From Octopus sinensis (lineage: Eukaryota): a stretch of DNA of 64,000 bases. Within the stretch, counting starts at the first letter, position 1. Each line of letters begins with the position of its first letter. Location of the stretch: positions 4,402,001 to 4,466,000 of the forward strand of contig NC_043009.1 in assembly GCF_006345805.1 (NCBI RefSeq), in the 5' to 3' direction. The translations under genes were made by a program, and so were the position numbers. The notes beneath the pieces are model-generated. The model was not told the DNA's origin, did no database searches, and saw only the letters and a list, made by a program, of their open reading frames with translations. Below are positions 1-12,350 of the stretch, in pieces.

Positions 1-108
1 ACATCCACTCAATATCTGTTTTCCTCTTCAATATTTGCCGTCTATTTTCTCTATATTATCTTCTTTCACATTGCTATATTTGCTTTTTCCTTCGTTCTGC
101 TTCATATG

Positions 109-109
<1 letters not shown>

Positions 110-174
<65 letters not shown>

Positions 175-908
175 GTATGTATATATACATATATATATAG
201 ATATATATATATATATTAAGTCTACCCTCACCATATCACTTTATATTTCTCTCCATTGATATTCTCCCACAGCTACCATATTACCTGAGTTTCGACACCC
301 CGCCACATCACCAACACCTTCTTTCAGTCTCATCCCCAACCCCAACTCACCTTGCTCTCCTTCTATGCCCTTCCCACACCACCACCTTATAAACATCTCC
401 TTAAGTCATCTCTCCCCTCCACCACATTACGTTTCAATCTACCTCTCACCGCCACCTTATCCTTCTCACCTAAAAATCTCCCCACCCCCCACAAACATCG
501 TCTTATCTTTATCTTCTCCAGCATCTTCCTCCACCCACCGCCCTCACCAATATATCTTTATCATCTTCAATCTCCACCCACCGCTCTCACCTTCTCGTCT
601 GTCGCTCCTTCATTCTCGTCTCCCCACAACCATATTATCGTACTCACATTCAAACTCCTCTCCCCGCCACCATTTCATATCTCTCTCTTTCAAAAATCTT
701 CTCCTCACCACCTGTGTCGCTCTTCTTTAAATCGCCTTTCCTTGTCACCATCGAAAATTGCTCTCCTTCATTTACCTCTCCACACTACCATTTTATGTTT
801 CTCTCCTTCTGTCTCGTCTCCCTCCTCTCTTCTCACAAAAAAACCTCTCCACCATCATCGCCACCCGATATTCCTCTCCTTTAATTTTCCTTCTACCACT
901 TCCAAATT

Positions 909-952
<44 letters not shown>

Positions 953-1066
953 TCTCACACACACTCTCTCACTCTCTTTCTATTATTCATCTACCACTCA
1001 GTTCTATCAAGGAACCCGCTTTCTATTCTTTCCATAGGTATGTACCCATTCGTTATACCCTCTTTG

Positions 1067-1127
<61 letters not shown>

Positions 1128-1178
1128 GGATTGATGGATGGATAGTTAGTGGGAGGGAGAGAGAGATATGATATGGTA

Positions 1179-1210
<32 letters not shown>
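110..1210. repeat. (CT)n and (AT)n arrays plus a ~700 bp degenerate pyrimidine-rich tract
   Basis: (CT)n at 111-172 and ~913-950; C/T-dominated, almost G-free plus strand at 270-980; (AT)n at ~1077-1121 and 1180-1208. Confidence 0.9.
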
Positions 1211-1212
<2 letters not shown>

Positions 1213-1435
1213 ACTTCTCATCATGGCCTCTCTCTCTGCGAAAAACTGTAAGTTTCAAAATATTTCCCTAAATATATTGTAGATTATATCCTGTTGATAA
1301 GGTATGATATATATACCACACTAGCATTTAAAATTTACCCCGGATTAGAGGAAACGTTGGTCTTACCATTATGCTTATTCCATGCATCATGGTCGTATCC
1401 ACTCTACTATTCACTTGTTTCTTTTTCAGTTTCTC

Positions 1436-1470
<35 letters not shown>

Positions 1471-1650
1471 CTCTTGCTTTCTCTACCTATACCTCTCTCT
1501 CTCTCTCTCTCTCTATCTATCTGTCTGTCTCTGTCTGTCACTCCGTCTCCCTCTGTATATGTATGTATTCATCAATTCACCTCCCTCATTCTTTCTTTCT
1601 CTCTCTCTCTCTCTACAAACACACATATATATAAATGTGCCTATGCATAA

Positions 1651-1692
<42 letters not shown>

Positions 1693-2501
1693 TTATATAC
1701 CCACACACACCCACACAACCCACACACATATATATACATACATACATACATACAAACATACATACGTACATACGTACATACGAGTTTTTCTCTAGATATC
1801 TATCTGTTTCAAGCTAAGCCTGCCAAAATTCCTACAACTCCATATATTGTTCATCAAACCACTGGTTCTGCTAATCTATACAGATCTGCTTGTCTGCCAC
1901 GTTGTATATGTGAATACTTGTGTAATTCCTCCTAAAAACTCTTACACACAGACTACACATACACAAACGCATAAACACTACGTACAAATATACATGTACG
2001 TACACAAGCATACAGAACTGCGTATAAATACAAACACAATCATTTCATATTTCTCTCTTGTCTGATTAACTTCCCTCCACAAATACACAACCTGATATTT
2101 TTTTCCAGTAATTTTTCGGTCGTATCGGCTGCCTTTATCTGAATTTTCTATTTGCCGCCATCAAATGATCGGATCGGAAAAAGAAAAAACGAAATACAAT
2201 AACATACACAGGAATAAATAAATATCTAAATATATGAATGTATAAACGTAAAAAAAAATACTGTAGTAGTTACAAGAATAATGTATTAAAGTGAAAATTA
2301 TGATTATGATAAAATAAAGTAAAAATTAAACGAAAACATTAATATTTTTTTTCAAAAACTTAATGTAGAATACCAAAAACAAGAAATGAAAATCAATAAA
2401 TGACAATTAAAATTGAAATGATACAAATAAACGAAACGAAATTGAAGACGAATTTTCCAAAAACAAAACCAATGAAAATTTTATATATATATATATATAT
2501 A

Positions 2502-2918
2502 GGCGCAGGAGTGGCTGTGTGGTAAGTAGCTTGCTAACCAACCACATGGTTCCGGGTTCAGTCCCACTGCGTGGCATCTTGGGCAAGTGTCTTCTGCTAT
2601 AGCCCCGGGCCGACCAATGCCTTGTGAGTGGATTTGGTAGACGGAAACTGAAAGAAGCCTGTCGTATATATGTATATAGATGTATGTATGTATGTGTTTG
2701 TGTGTGTGTGTTTGTGTGTCTGTGTTTGTCCCCCTAGCATTGCTTGACAACCGATGCTGGTGTGTTTACGTCCCTGTCACCTAGCGGTTCGGCAAAACTG
2801 ACCGATTGAATAAGTACTGGGCTTACAAAGAATAAGTCCCGGGGTCGATTTGCTCGACTAAAGGTGGTGCTCCAGCATGGCCACAGTCAAATGACTGAAA
2901 CAAGTAAGAATAAGAATA
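2502..2918 (+). mobile_element. SINE family A, full length (tRNA-like head, CORE-like block, internal TA/TG microsatellite, CR1-type tail)
   Basis: A-box-like tggctgtgtgg, B-box-like gggttcagtcc, cttgggcaagtgtcttct block, tail ggtggtgctccagcatggccacagtcaaatgactgaaacaagtaagaataag; near-identical to many other copies in the window. Confidence 0.93.
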
Positions 2919-2940
2919 CTCTTTTAGTCTCTCTTTTACT

Positions 2941-3148
2941 CCTTTACTTTTTTCAGTCATTTGACTGCGGCCATGCTGGAGCACCACCTTTAGTCGAGCA
3001 AATCGACCCCAGGACTTATTCTTTTGTAAGCCTTAGTACTTATTCTATCGGTCTCTTTTGCCGAACTGGTAATTTACGGGGACGTAAACACACCAGCATC
3101 GGTTGTTAAGCGATGTTGGGGGGGACAAACACAGACACACAAACATAT

Positions 3149-3179
<31 letters not shown>

Positions 3180-3342
3180 CATACATAAATATATATACGA
3201 CGAGCTTTTTTTCAGTTTCCGTCTACTAAATCCACTCACAAGGCTTTGGTTAGCTCGTGGGTATAGTAGAAACACTTGCCCAAGGTGCCACGCAGTGGTA
3301 CTGAACCCGGAACCATGTGCTTGGTAAGCAAGCTACTTACCA
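2941..3342 (-). mobile_element. SINE family A, near full length, tail-to-tail with the previous copy
   Basis: Reverse complement of the family A sequence; lacks about 20 nt of the 5' head. Confidence 0.92.
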
Positions 3343-4170
3343 ATATACATTGTAGGGCAGTATAGAATCGTATAAATCGTAGCACAAACTGAAGCACACT
3401 GAAGACGTAGGGAAGAGACATGTATTGTATTAGAATACAGAAACAAAAGGATGCCTTGTCCGTAGTTCGACCACCGTTCTCTATTTCGGTCAAAATCATT
3501 TCGGCTAATTTATGTGAGACCACGTTATTGAGTTCTAACACCACCGTGGCAGATATTGTAGTCATGAGAAAATAAAAATGAGAAATGAGTGAAAGTCAAG
3601 ACTATTGAAAATGTTGCAAGACACAACGAAAATTTTAGGAAAATAAAAATAAGAAATAAGTGGAAATTTTCCATTGTGCACCTTGCCGAAATATTGTAGC
3701 TGTAGCAGGATTAATCTTAATATGTTTTAGTAGAGAGATTTGTTATGAATTACTCTGGAAATGACTTCCATAGATACTCCACTGAAATGGCGGAACTAGA
3801 AGAAACGTTAGAGCGGATATTTATTTAAGTTCTCTGCGCTCTGAATTCAAATCCTGACGAAGCTCTAACATTGCATTTCATTCTCTTAGAATCAATCAAT
3901 CAATTTTGAGCACTTGCAGTGAATACGCTCTTATTTTTTCTATTTCACTATGTCTCTATTGCAGCTGCAAATGAATGTTTTAACTTTGTTACATAGAAAC
4001 CTAATGATTTGAATCGAAAATATTGTTAAGTGCACACAAGTACGGAATATCCAGCCGCCTACACTTTAATTTTACCGGTAAAAATTTAGTTGAACAAATA
4101 ACTGAAATCTCAGTTTTGAAACTTACGAGCAATCTATCATACTCACCCAGGTTTTAGGGAGTTTAATTAA

Positions 4171-4373
4171 CCCTTTTGTTACTATATTTCTTGTTGATAC
4201 ATGCTGCCTTTAAATGAATTAATTTTGCAAATACTGACGAAAACTTGTCATTATTAAGCTGGTGTTTGGGACGCAAAGAAAACAAAATTTTGATTGAGAG
4301 TTTAATTTAGAACACTTAAAACAGGAAGTTGATAGAACCAGGGGCAGTAGCTGCAGGCTTGCTATCAAAAGGG
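4171..4373. mobile_element. Non-autonomous DNA transposon (MITE), piggyBac-type
   Basis: TTAA at 4167-4170 and 4374-4377; terminal inverted repeats CCCTTTTGTTA / CCCTTTTGATA (rc of right end); 203 bp with no coding capacity. Confidence 0.8.
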
Positions 4374-5435
4374 TTAAAGACCTACTCTCATATTAATACA
4401 CAACTCTTAATGACGTATTTTATTTCATATATCGCTTTAAGAGAAAGAAATAGTTGAATAGCCAAAAGGAGACGAAGAGAAACGCCAAGAAATCAAACAA
4501 ACAAGCAAAGGAAAAAATTATTGATCGCAATTCACTGGATCATTTAGACTACTATATATGACGTCAAAATGTGTGTATGTGTGGGTATATATATATAGAT
4601 ATGATATATATTATGTGTATATATAATTGTGTGTGTGTGGTGTGTATGTGTGTGTGTGTGTGTGTGTGGGTGGGTGGTGTGTGTGTGCTTGTATATGATT
4701 CAGTATGTCATATGTATTGGAGTTGCTAAGTATCTGAGAATTAAAATCTGGTAACGAGACTCCCAAGACAAGTGGAATAATTTTTATCTTGCCACGCCCA
4801 ATTATTCCTACACTACATCACGCGCTATCGACATATGCTTGTCTATATGTATATCTTCACAAACACATACATACACACATACAAACACACATATATACGT
4901 TTGTACGCACATTTACGTATTAAGTAGTCAGGTTACTACTTATATTTTGTACTGGGGTCACACACAGACACATAACTATAAACTGATATACATACTGACG
5001 CTCATATATAAAGGGAAGGGTACGTCTTTTGAGGGTGGAGGAGAACAATAATTGTAATGTGTCAGAGGTCGGGTATAATTCCGAACTTCTACAGTAGATG
5101 AGAGCTTCTTAAGTGTTAAGATCGGCACAAGATATAAAGATTGATATCATAACACTGATAGGGGCTTTGTGAAAAGTACTTCAGGAATACCTACCAACCC
5201 TTACATACTCGCTAAAATGTGCACACATACACTCTCAAACACACATAGGTGAATAAAAAAGCATACACACACACACACACACACATTCGCAAATTTCTCA
5301 GTATTTCAGGGAATAAATATTTTACGTATATTAATGTGTAAAACGAACAGTCTGTAGGAATTTATGTGTGTATATGTGTTACATATAAATGTGTGCGTGT
5401 CATGTATATATGCATATATACGTGTGTGTGCTTGC

Positions 5436-5469
<34 letters not shown>

Positions 5470-5624
5470 CATGTAAAATAAATATACGATGTCATCTAAA
5501 AGAAAGCTATAACCATTATTAAGAGGAATTTGTTCTGGCATTAGAAGACAATACCTCAAAAAGAAAAAAATACAAAATCTAGTCTAAACATAAAAAATGT
5601 CCCAAACGGAACAGCAGCAATAAA

Positions 5625-5633
5625 AATAATAAC

Positions 5634-5679
<46 letters not shown>

Positions 5680-5834
5680 TGATCATGAAGTGGAAGAGCA
5701 GGAGGGGAAGCAATAAGCCCCTTACTAAAACGGTCTAGAATCTCTTCAATTCTCCACAAGAGGTATGATAACATCAACAACAAAAAGTACGAAGAAGCAA
5801 TGATGATGGCAACAAAAACGAAACAGCAAGAACA

Positions 5835-5883
<49 letters not shown>

Positions 5884-5895
5884 TAATAATCAATA
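5625..5895. repeat. (AAT)n microsatellites
   Basis: Arrays at ~5635-5678 and ~5838-5893. Confidence 0.9.
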
Positions 5896-6245
5896 ATAAA
5901 CTACATGTGGAAGACGTTAAAACGTACTCAAGTCATGAGATGTTTGCACGTGACTATAATTTTCCCTCTCTTGTTCTGTGGGAAGATACTTCTAGTTTGA
6001 TACACGTTTCTTCTCTAATTCGTATTGGTGTCATTTTATTGCTGTTGTTGGTGGTGTTGTTGTTATTGATAATGATGATGATGATATAATTAGCATTTTG
6101 TGCGCTCGGTTTTGTCTGTTATTTTTTTCTTTTTTGTTGCATTTTCTGTTTAGTCACATCTCAATCGTAATTGAACATTGAACAGGAATTGAATATTTGG
6201 CCAGAGATATTTCAATCGGAAGGTTTTAGAAAGTCCACACTTGTA

Positions 6246-6620
6246 GGCGTAGGAGTGGCTGTGTGGTAAGTAGCTTGCTTACGAACCACATGCTCCCGGG
6301 TTCAGTCCCACTGCGTGGCACCTTGGGCAAGTGTCTTCTACTATAGCCTCCGACCGACTAAATTTGGTCGGATTTGGTTGATGGAACCTGAAAGAAGCTC
6401 GTCGTATATATGTATATATATGTGTGTGTGTGTGTCTGTATTTGTCCCCCAACATCGCTGGTGTGTTTACGTTCCTGTAACCTAGTAGTTCGGCAAAAGA
6501 GACCGATAGGTTAGGTAGTAGGCTTAGAAAGAATAAGTCCTGAGGTCGATTTGCTCGACTAAAGGCGGTGCTCCAGCATGGCCGCAGTCACATGACTGAA
6601 ACAAGAAAAAGAGCAAAAAG
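6246..6620 (+). mobile_element. SINE family A, full length
   Basis: ggcgtaggagtggctgtgtggtaag head through ggcggtgctccagcatggccgcag...ctgaaacaag tail. Confidence 0.92.
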
Positions 6621-7830
6621 AGAGAGAAGTGTCTGAACATCTCCCAAAACGTTTTCTTTCTAATTTTTTTATAGATAAGCATGTTTGACAAAACAAGATA
6701 AGCAATAGTTTTCTATAATTCTATTTCAAATCTTTCAACATAAAATGTTTTTTGTGCAATATTCCAAGTGCGCATGTTTTTTAATTAAAAAATTTTTTTT
6801 TGTACTGGTCATCAGACAGCAACAAAATGTGAAAGACAATTTTTGAACCATTAGAATGATTGCATGAAGATGTGATCTGAGGAAGATAAGACTGCTCTAT
6901 TTCGAGTAGGCCCAATGTTCCGTTCAGATAATTGCTTGCTTTTGTTGTTGCCAGCAGCGTAAAGAAAATAGTTTATAGTAATGGGAAATGTAATAAAAAA
7001 TGAATTTAACGACAAACATAGGCTTTCTCTGCGCCCAGCTCTACCTCCATAAAAAAATTCTTAACCGCAAACGGCCTCATATTCAACAAGAAAAATAATA
7101 GCAACTGTAGTGACAAAATAGAAAGATGATAATAAGACGAAACGTTTACAAATAACAAAACATCTTAGCAGTGTGTGTGTGTTTGTGTGTATGGTGTGCG
7201 TACATTTGCGTGTACGTATGTATGCATTTATTTGCACATACACACACATATATATATATATTTCTTGACATGCATGCTTATACACATACATATCTGTAGA
7301 TACTCTTTTCCATTTGTATGTGTGTGTATTCTTTGGCAACTCTATATGTGTATATATGTATGTATATTCTTATATATTCCCGAGTTTGATAAGACATTAT
7401 TACTTGTTAGCGCTTGTTGTTGTAATTGTAATTGACTTTATTGTTGTATTCATAAGAGCACTTGAAAGAACCGCCTCGCCCCGCCTCCTGCTGGCTTCCT
7501 ATATAAATGTCATATTTAGTGCACTTAATAGCAAGTTTTCACAAACACACACACACAAACACAAACACTCACACAGAGACACAAACACAGGCTCCAACGC
7601 ACATAATTACATAGGTGTGTATGTGTTTGACTATATGTAAGTTGTACTACTTTGGCGAGTGACTTTATCAAAGACTGTGTGTTGGAACCAAAAGTTCTTT
7701 TGTAGCAGAATCATGACATCCATTTAACAGACATGTGGACTATTTTATTTTCTTAATAGAATGCAATAAAATTATTAAATGTATTTTGTACATTGTAATA
7801 TTATTACGCATTAAAGCTCAAATGGGTATA

Positions 7831-8132
7831 CTCTTTTTTACTTGTTTCAGTTATTTGCTCCATGCTGGAGCACCGCCTTCAGTCGAGCAAATCAACCCCA
7901 GGACTTATTCTTTGTAAGCCTGCCTAGTACTTAATTTATCGTCCTCTTTTGCCAAACCGCTAAGTTACGGGGACGTAAATACACCAGCATCGGTTGTCAA
8001 AAGAGACCGATAGAATAAGTGCTAGGCTTACAAAGAATAAGTCCTGGGGTCGATTTGCTCGAATAAAGGCGATGCTCCAGCATGGCCACAGTCAAATGAC
8101 TGAAACAAGTGAAAGAGTAGAGAGTAAGAGTA
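7831..8132. mobile_element. Fold-back pair of family A 3' halves (minus 7831-8000, plus 7998-8132), tails pointing outward
   Basis: The left arm is the rc of the family A 3' half up to atcggttgtcaa; the sequence then switches directly into aagagaccgatagaataag...ctgaaacaag on the plus strand. Confidence 0.85.
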
Positions 8133-9044
8133 ACAAACAATGGAATCACTTCCCTAATTTGCATATTGTACATATATGGCTTTGAATTTAAACTCCGTTC
8201 TGTGCATATATACCACTTGTCATCCCTGATACATATATGTATGTGTGTGTGTGTATGTTCGAGTGATTGCGTTTATATAACCACATATATGAGTCTGTGT
8301 GAATATATATGTGTGTGTCTGTGTTTCTATGAACGCGTGTATTCGTGTGCAGTCGTTACGGTGAGTTTGTGTCTTCGTGTATATGATATGGACTTAAGGC
8401 GTAGAATAAGTTTCTTGGAAAGTAGGTTAGATGCTTTGTCTCTGGCACCAGCAAATCCCACACGTCTCACTGTGACAAGATTAAATTTACATTTTAATAA
8501 TAGAGCCACATCCACGCAAACACACTGGTTCACTCGCATGCCACAACTAGAAATAACTACGAAAATATAGTTTTATAGTGCTTCAGTTCGTTGCAAATGA
8601 CGCAATGAAGGACTTGCTGATTCAATTTCTCTAATACAAGCACATATATTCTCCCCCTCTCTCTCTCTCTTTATATATATATATTTACTTGTATTTAAAG
8701 CAAAAAGCCATGAATAGTTGTATCCAAAGAAATGATTAGTAACTTACGAAACCGGTGTGCTTGAATCTCTTTAATAATTTCACAATAATAACTTTTATTA
8801 TTTTTATTCCTACCTCAGTTCATCTAATTGTATATATCTTTCGTTACTTTGCATAAAAAGCCTTTACTTCTTTTTTTTATTTACAATGTGCATTTTTGTT
8901 TATTTTTCTTACTTTCCCCTTACATTACCACGTGTAGTTTCTATTTTCTACGAAGGTTTAACTCTTATGGAGCTAAGTGAGGCTGTCATCAAATACCTGT
9001 AACTCAATGTGTTGAGTGCTACGTCCGTTGTCTTTCTTTACGTA

Positions 9045-9094
9045 AATTCAACTACGGAAACTGAAAGAAACCAATTGTATATATATATATGTGT

Positions 9095-9139
<45 letters not shown>

Positions 9140-9382
9140 TGTGTGTGCGTGTGTGTATGTGTGTGTGTTTTCTTTGTGTTTGGCCCCCACCATTGCTTGA
9201 CAGCCGACGAAGGTATGTTTAGGTCCCCGTAACATAGCGGTCCGGGAAAAAGAGATCAATTGAGTAATTACTAGTACCCTTAAAAACAATAAGCTGTTGT
9301 ATCGATTCATACGACTAAAATTCTTCAAGGTGGTTTTCCAGTATGGCCGCAGTTTAACGAACAATTGAAACAAGTAAAAGAT
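9045..9382 (+). mobile_element. SINE family A, older diverged 5'-truncated copy
   Basis: acggaaactgaaagaa, internal (TG)n, gcttgacagccga, tail ggtggttttccagtatggccgcag...ttgaaacaagtaaaaga. Confidence 0.8.
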
Positions 9383-9394
9383 GCATATATATAT

Positions 9395-9439
<45 letters not shown>

Positions 9440-9469
9440 AGAGAGAGGAGAGAGAGAGAGAGAGAGAGG

Positions 9470-9501
<32 letters not shown>

Positions 9502-9959
9502 CAGACAACAGATACACACACGCACACACACACACATGCAAATATACATGTATAGGAACAGGGTAAACTTCGTCAGTCAACCAATATGTTAAAAACAATG
9601 ATAGCGATTCCATGCAAAAGTTCTAATGAAATATGTACGCATAAACACACGCACGCACACACACACACACATGCATGCACACACACAACCATACATACAT
9701 ACATACATATAGAAGCGTGTGTATACGTAAAAATAGATAAACGCATACAGAGAAAAACATTACTCACACACACACATACATACATACATACATACATACA
9801 TAAACACAAACACATACATACATATATATATATATACGCAAACACGCACACACACACACACACATACGCATACACATATACATATAATGTATGAGATAGG
9901 ATGATTGATAAGCGAAAAATTACTAAGTTTGCCGATGCCAACTTCTTCACTTCCTTTAT

Positions 9960-10400
9960 CTTTTTAACCCTTCAATGCTCTGTAGCAATCTCTCAATTTT
10001 TTACTATTTTATTCTCTTCCTAACCCTTCACCTATCACTATCTCTTTCTATCGCCGAAATTTATCGAATTTGTTATTTTCAACTTCACTCTGTATCCCGC
10101 TGTAAATCGTCAGCTCTCTGTATAAATCTCTCACGGTTTTTTTTACTTGACCTTTCTCTTACTCTTTCGTCCTCTTATAGTATCTCTTTCGTCTGTCATA
10201 TTCTTGTTGTTTCCTTCTCTTCACTTCTTTCACTTTTACTTTACTACTTTTCGTATTCTTTCGCTTTCATTTTATCCTTCTCGCTCTCCCTCTCTCTGAT
10301 ATACATCCCCCCCTGTTTACCTTTACACCATTCTCCCTCATTTCTTTCTCTTCTAAATTTCTCTCCCTATTTTTTTCCATCAAGAATCAATGAAGCATAA
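9960..10400. repeat. Degenerate polypyrimidine tract
   Basis: About 440 nt dominated by C/T on the plus strand. Confidence 0.75.
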
Positions 10401-10829
10401 AGCTAATTCAGATCTGATATTCAGTGTCAGCATCACGTGACTGTACAGCCGTTGTGTGACCGCTTGAACGACATTATTATTCTCACACTTCACGTCTGCT
10501 TCTTCCACTTCTCGTCTCCCTATCGTCCTCTCTCGTCTTGTCTCGTCTTCGCTTTATATTGTTTGTTGGTATTACTTTCATTTTGCCTTTCTCTTTTTTT
10601 TTGCATTCATATTTTTGTCTTAATTTTTGCTTTTGTTTATCCCTAAGTCAAATGAAATTAGAATTCCACAGCCGTTCGTTCATGGACATTGAAAATATGC
10701 TCAGTCAAATGGTGGCTATATTATGAGCGAGCGAGTGAGTGGCTGGAGTTGGTGTGGGAGTTTGCTGGTGGAGAGGGGCAACGATGCTGCAGTAGGAGGT
10801 AGTGGTTGAGGAAGAAGTACGACGGTCGG

Positions 10830-11378
10830 CGTGGATACCGTGATGAAGATGTTGATGACGCTGATCATTATAGGAGGGAGAGAAGAATGGCAGAGGAAGA
10901 AGAGTTGGAGGAAATGGAGAAGAATGATGATGATCATGATCATGATGATGATCATGAGGAGTAGGAGGAGGGGAGGAGGAGGAAGGAAGGATGGGAGGAG
11001 GAGGGGGAAAAGGATTAAGTAGGCGGTGGTGGTGGTGGTGATAATCGTCGCAGACGAAGCGATAATGACGTTGATGATGATGATGATGATGATGGGGAGA
11101 AAAATGACAGACGAGGAGGAACAGAAGGAGAAGGATGAGCACGATGAGGATGGTGATGAGTTGATGTTGATGATGATGAGAAGAATTTGTTGCAAAGGAT
11201 AAAAACAAAACAATAAAAGGAAATAACACCGCTCCAACCCGGACATAACCACAAACATGTCTATAAAAGACACCAATGCCACATAATATCGCATACTTAC
11301 ACCACACATACACACATATGTACACATCTATATGAACAGGCACATACAAGTGCGCAGACGCGATTTTATATGTGTTTA

Positions 11379-11409
<31 letters not shown>

Positions 11410-11420
11410 CCAGACACACA

Positions 11421-11453
<33 letters not shown>

Positions 11454-11920
11454 TGTGTACGGACACTTAGACGCGCGCGTAGATATACCAAGTCTCGCGG
11501 GACATCTGTACAAAACTGACGACGGCTGTTTGGAGCTGGGGATTCTGGGAAATCTTAGGCTAATTTATTGATCCACACGCCAAAACAACACAAGCACGCA
11601 CTAAAACACACAGACACACACACACAAAAGGAACGTAACTAGGTTGATGAATAGATATTGACGATGGTGATAATGATGATGATGATGATGATGATTGATG
11701 ATGATGATGATGACGACGACGACGATGACGATGATGATGATGATAAGGTGATACCCAACTTCTTCATGACCATTGTCGTCGTTTTGTTGTCGTCACGTCT
11801 AATAATAATAATAATAATCATCATCATTATTATTAGTAGTAGTAGTAGTAGTAGTAGTAGTTAGTAGTAGTAGCAGCAGCAGCAGTGGTTGTAGTAGTAG
11901 TAGTAGTAGTAGTCATAATA
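10830..11920. repeat. Cluster of trinucleotide low-complexity repeats (GGA, GAT, GGT, GAC, AAT, AGT, AGC) and (CA)n
   Basis: Visible arrays; the source of the poly-His/Ser/Pro/Asp ORFs in the track. Confidence 0.85.
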
Positions 11921-11924
11921 ATAA

Positions 11925-12088
11925 TTTCTCCTACAGGCACAATGCCAAACATTTTGGGGAAGAGGGCCAATCGATTACATCGATACCAGCGCTCAACTGG
12001 TACTTATCTCATCGACCTCGAAAGGAGGAAAGGCAAAGTCGATCTCTGTAGAATTTGAACTCAGAACGTAAAGACGGAGGAAATGCCA
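11925..12088 (-). mobile_element. SINE family B (tail type 2), partial
   Basis: rc contains acgttctgagttcaaattct, gactttgcctttcctcctttcgaggtcgatgagataagtaccag and a cccctcttccccaaaat..ttgtgcc tail. Confidence 0.75.
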
Positions 12089-12127
12089 TTGTCATCATAA
12101 GAATTTGAGGCTCTCATTTACTGTTTG

Positions 12128-12190
12128 CTGTGGTTGTTGTTTAGCCCCTGGTCAAGCCTGATTGAGCAGATCTAAGATCAAAACATTCCG
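12128..12190 (-). mobile_element. 3' fragment of a fourth interspersed repeat (family D, (CAA)n-tailed)
   Basis: rc gatcttagatctgctcaatcaggcttgaccaggggctaaacaacaac aligns with 44521-44572 atcttaggtctgcttagtcagggccgacatggagctaacaagaacaac. Confidence 0.5.
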
Positions 12191-12350
12191 GTTCAAATTC
12201 CGGCGAGGTCGACTTTGCCTTTCATCCTTTCGGGGTCGATAAATTAAGTACCAGTTACGCACTAGGGTCGATGTAACCGACATAATCCCTTTGTCTGTCC
12301 TTGTTTGTCCCCTCTATGTTTAGCCCCATGTAGGCAGTAAAGAAATAAGA
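12191..12350 (+). mobile_element. SINE family B (tail type 1), 5'-truncated
   Basis: gttcaaattccggcgaggtcgactttgcctttcatcctttcggggtcgataaattaagtaccag...ttgtctgtccttgtttgtcccctc...aaagaaat, matching 40549-40778. Confidence 0.88.

Noticed and set aside
352-1134. 260-aa ORF, the longest in the window
   Set aside because: Translation of a degenerate pyrimidine tract plus (CT)n/(AT)n; it is stop-free because of composition (few G, few TA-purine codons) and has no domain signal.
2502-2580. tRNA genes (A and B boxes in many places)
   Set aside because: All are SINE heads; no complete cloverleaf with an acceptor stem was found.
5100-5200. RYKD / LIGAL echo of an RLE retrotransposon end
   Set aside because: Too short and diverged to distinguish from chance.
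10705-11466. 253-aa and 203-aa minus-strand His/Pro/Ser-rich ORFs
   Set aside because: Made entirely of trinucleotide and dinucleotide repeats, starting in (TG)n; no splice or domain support.
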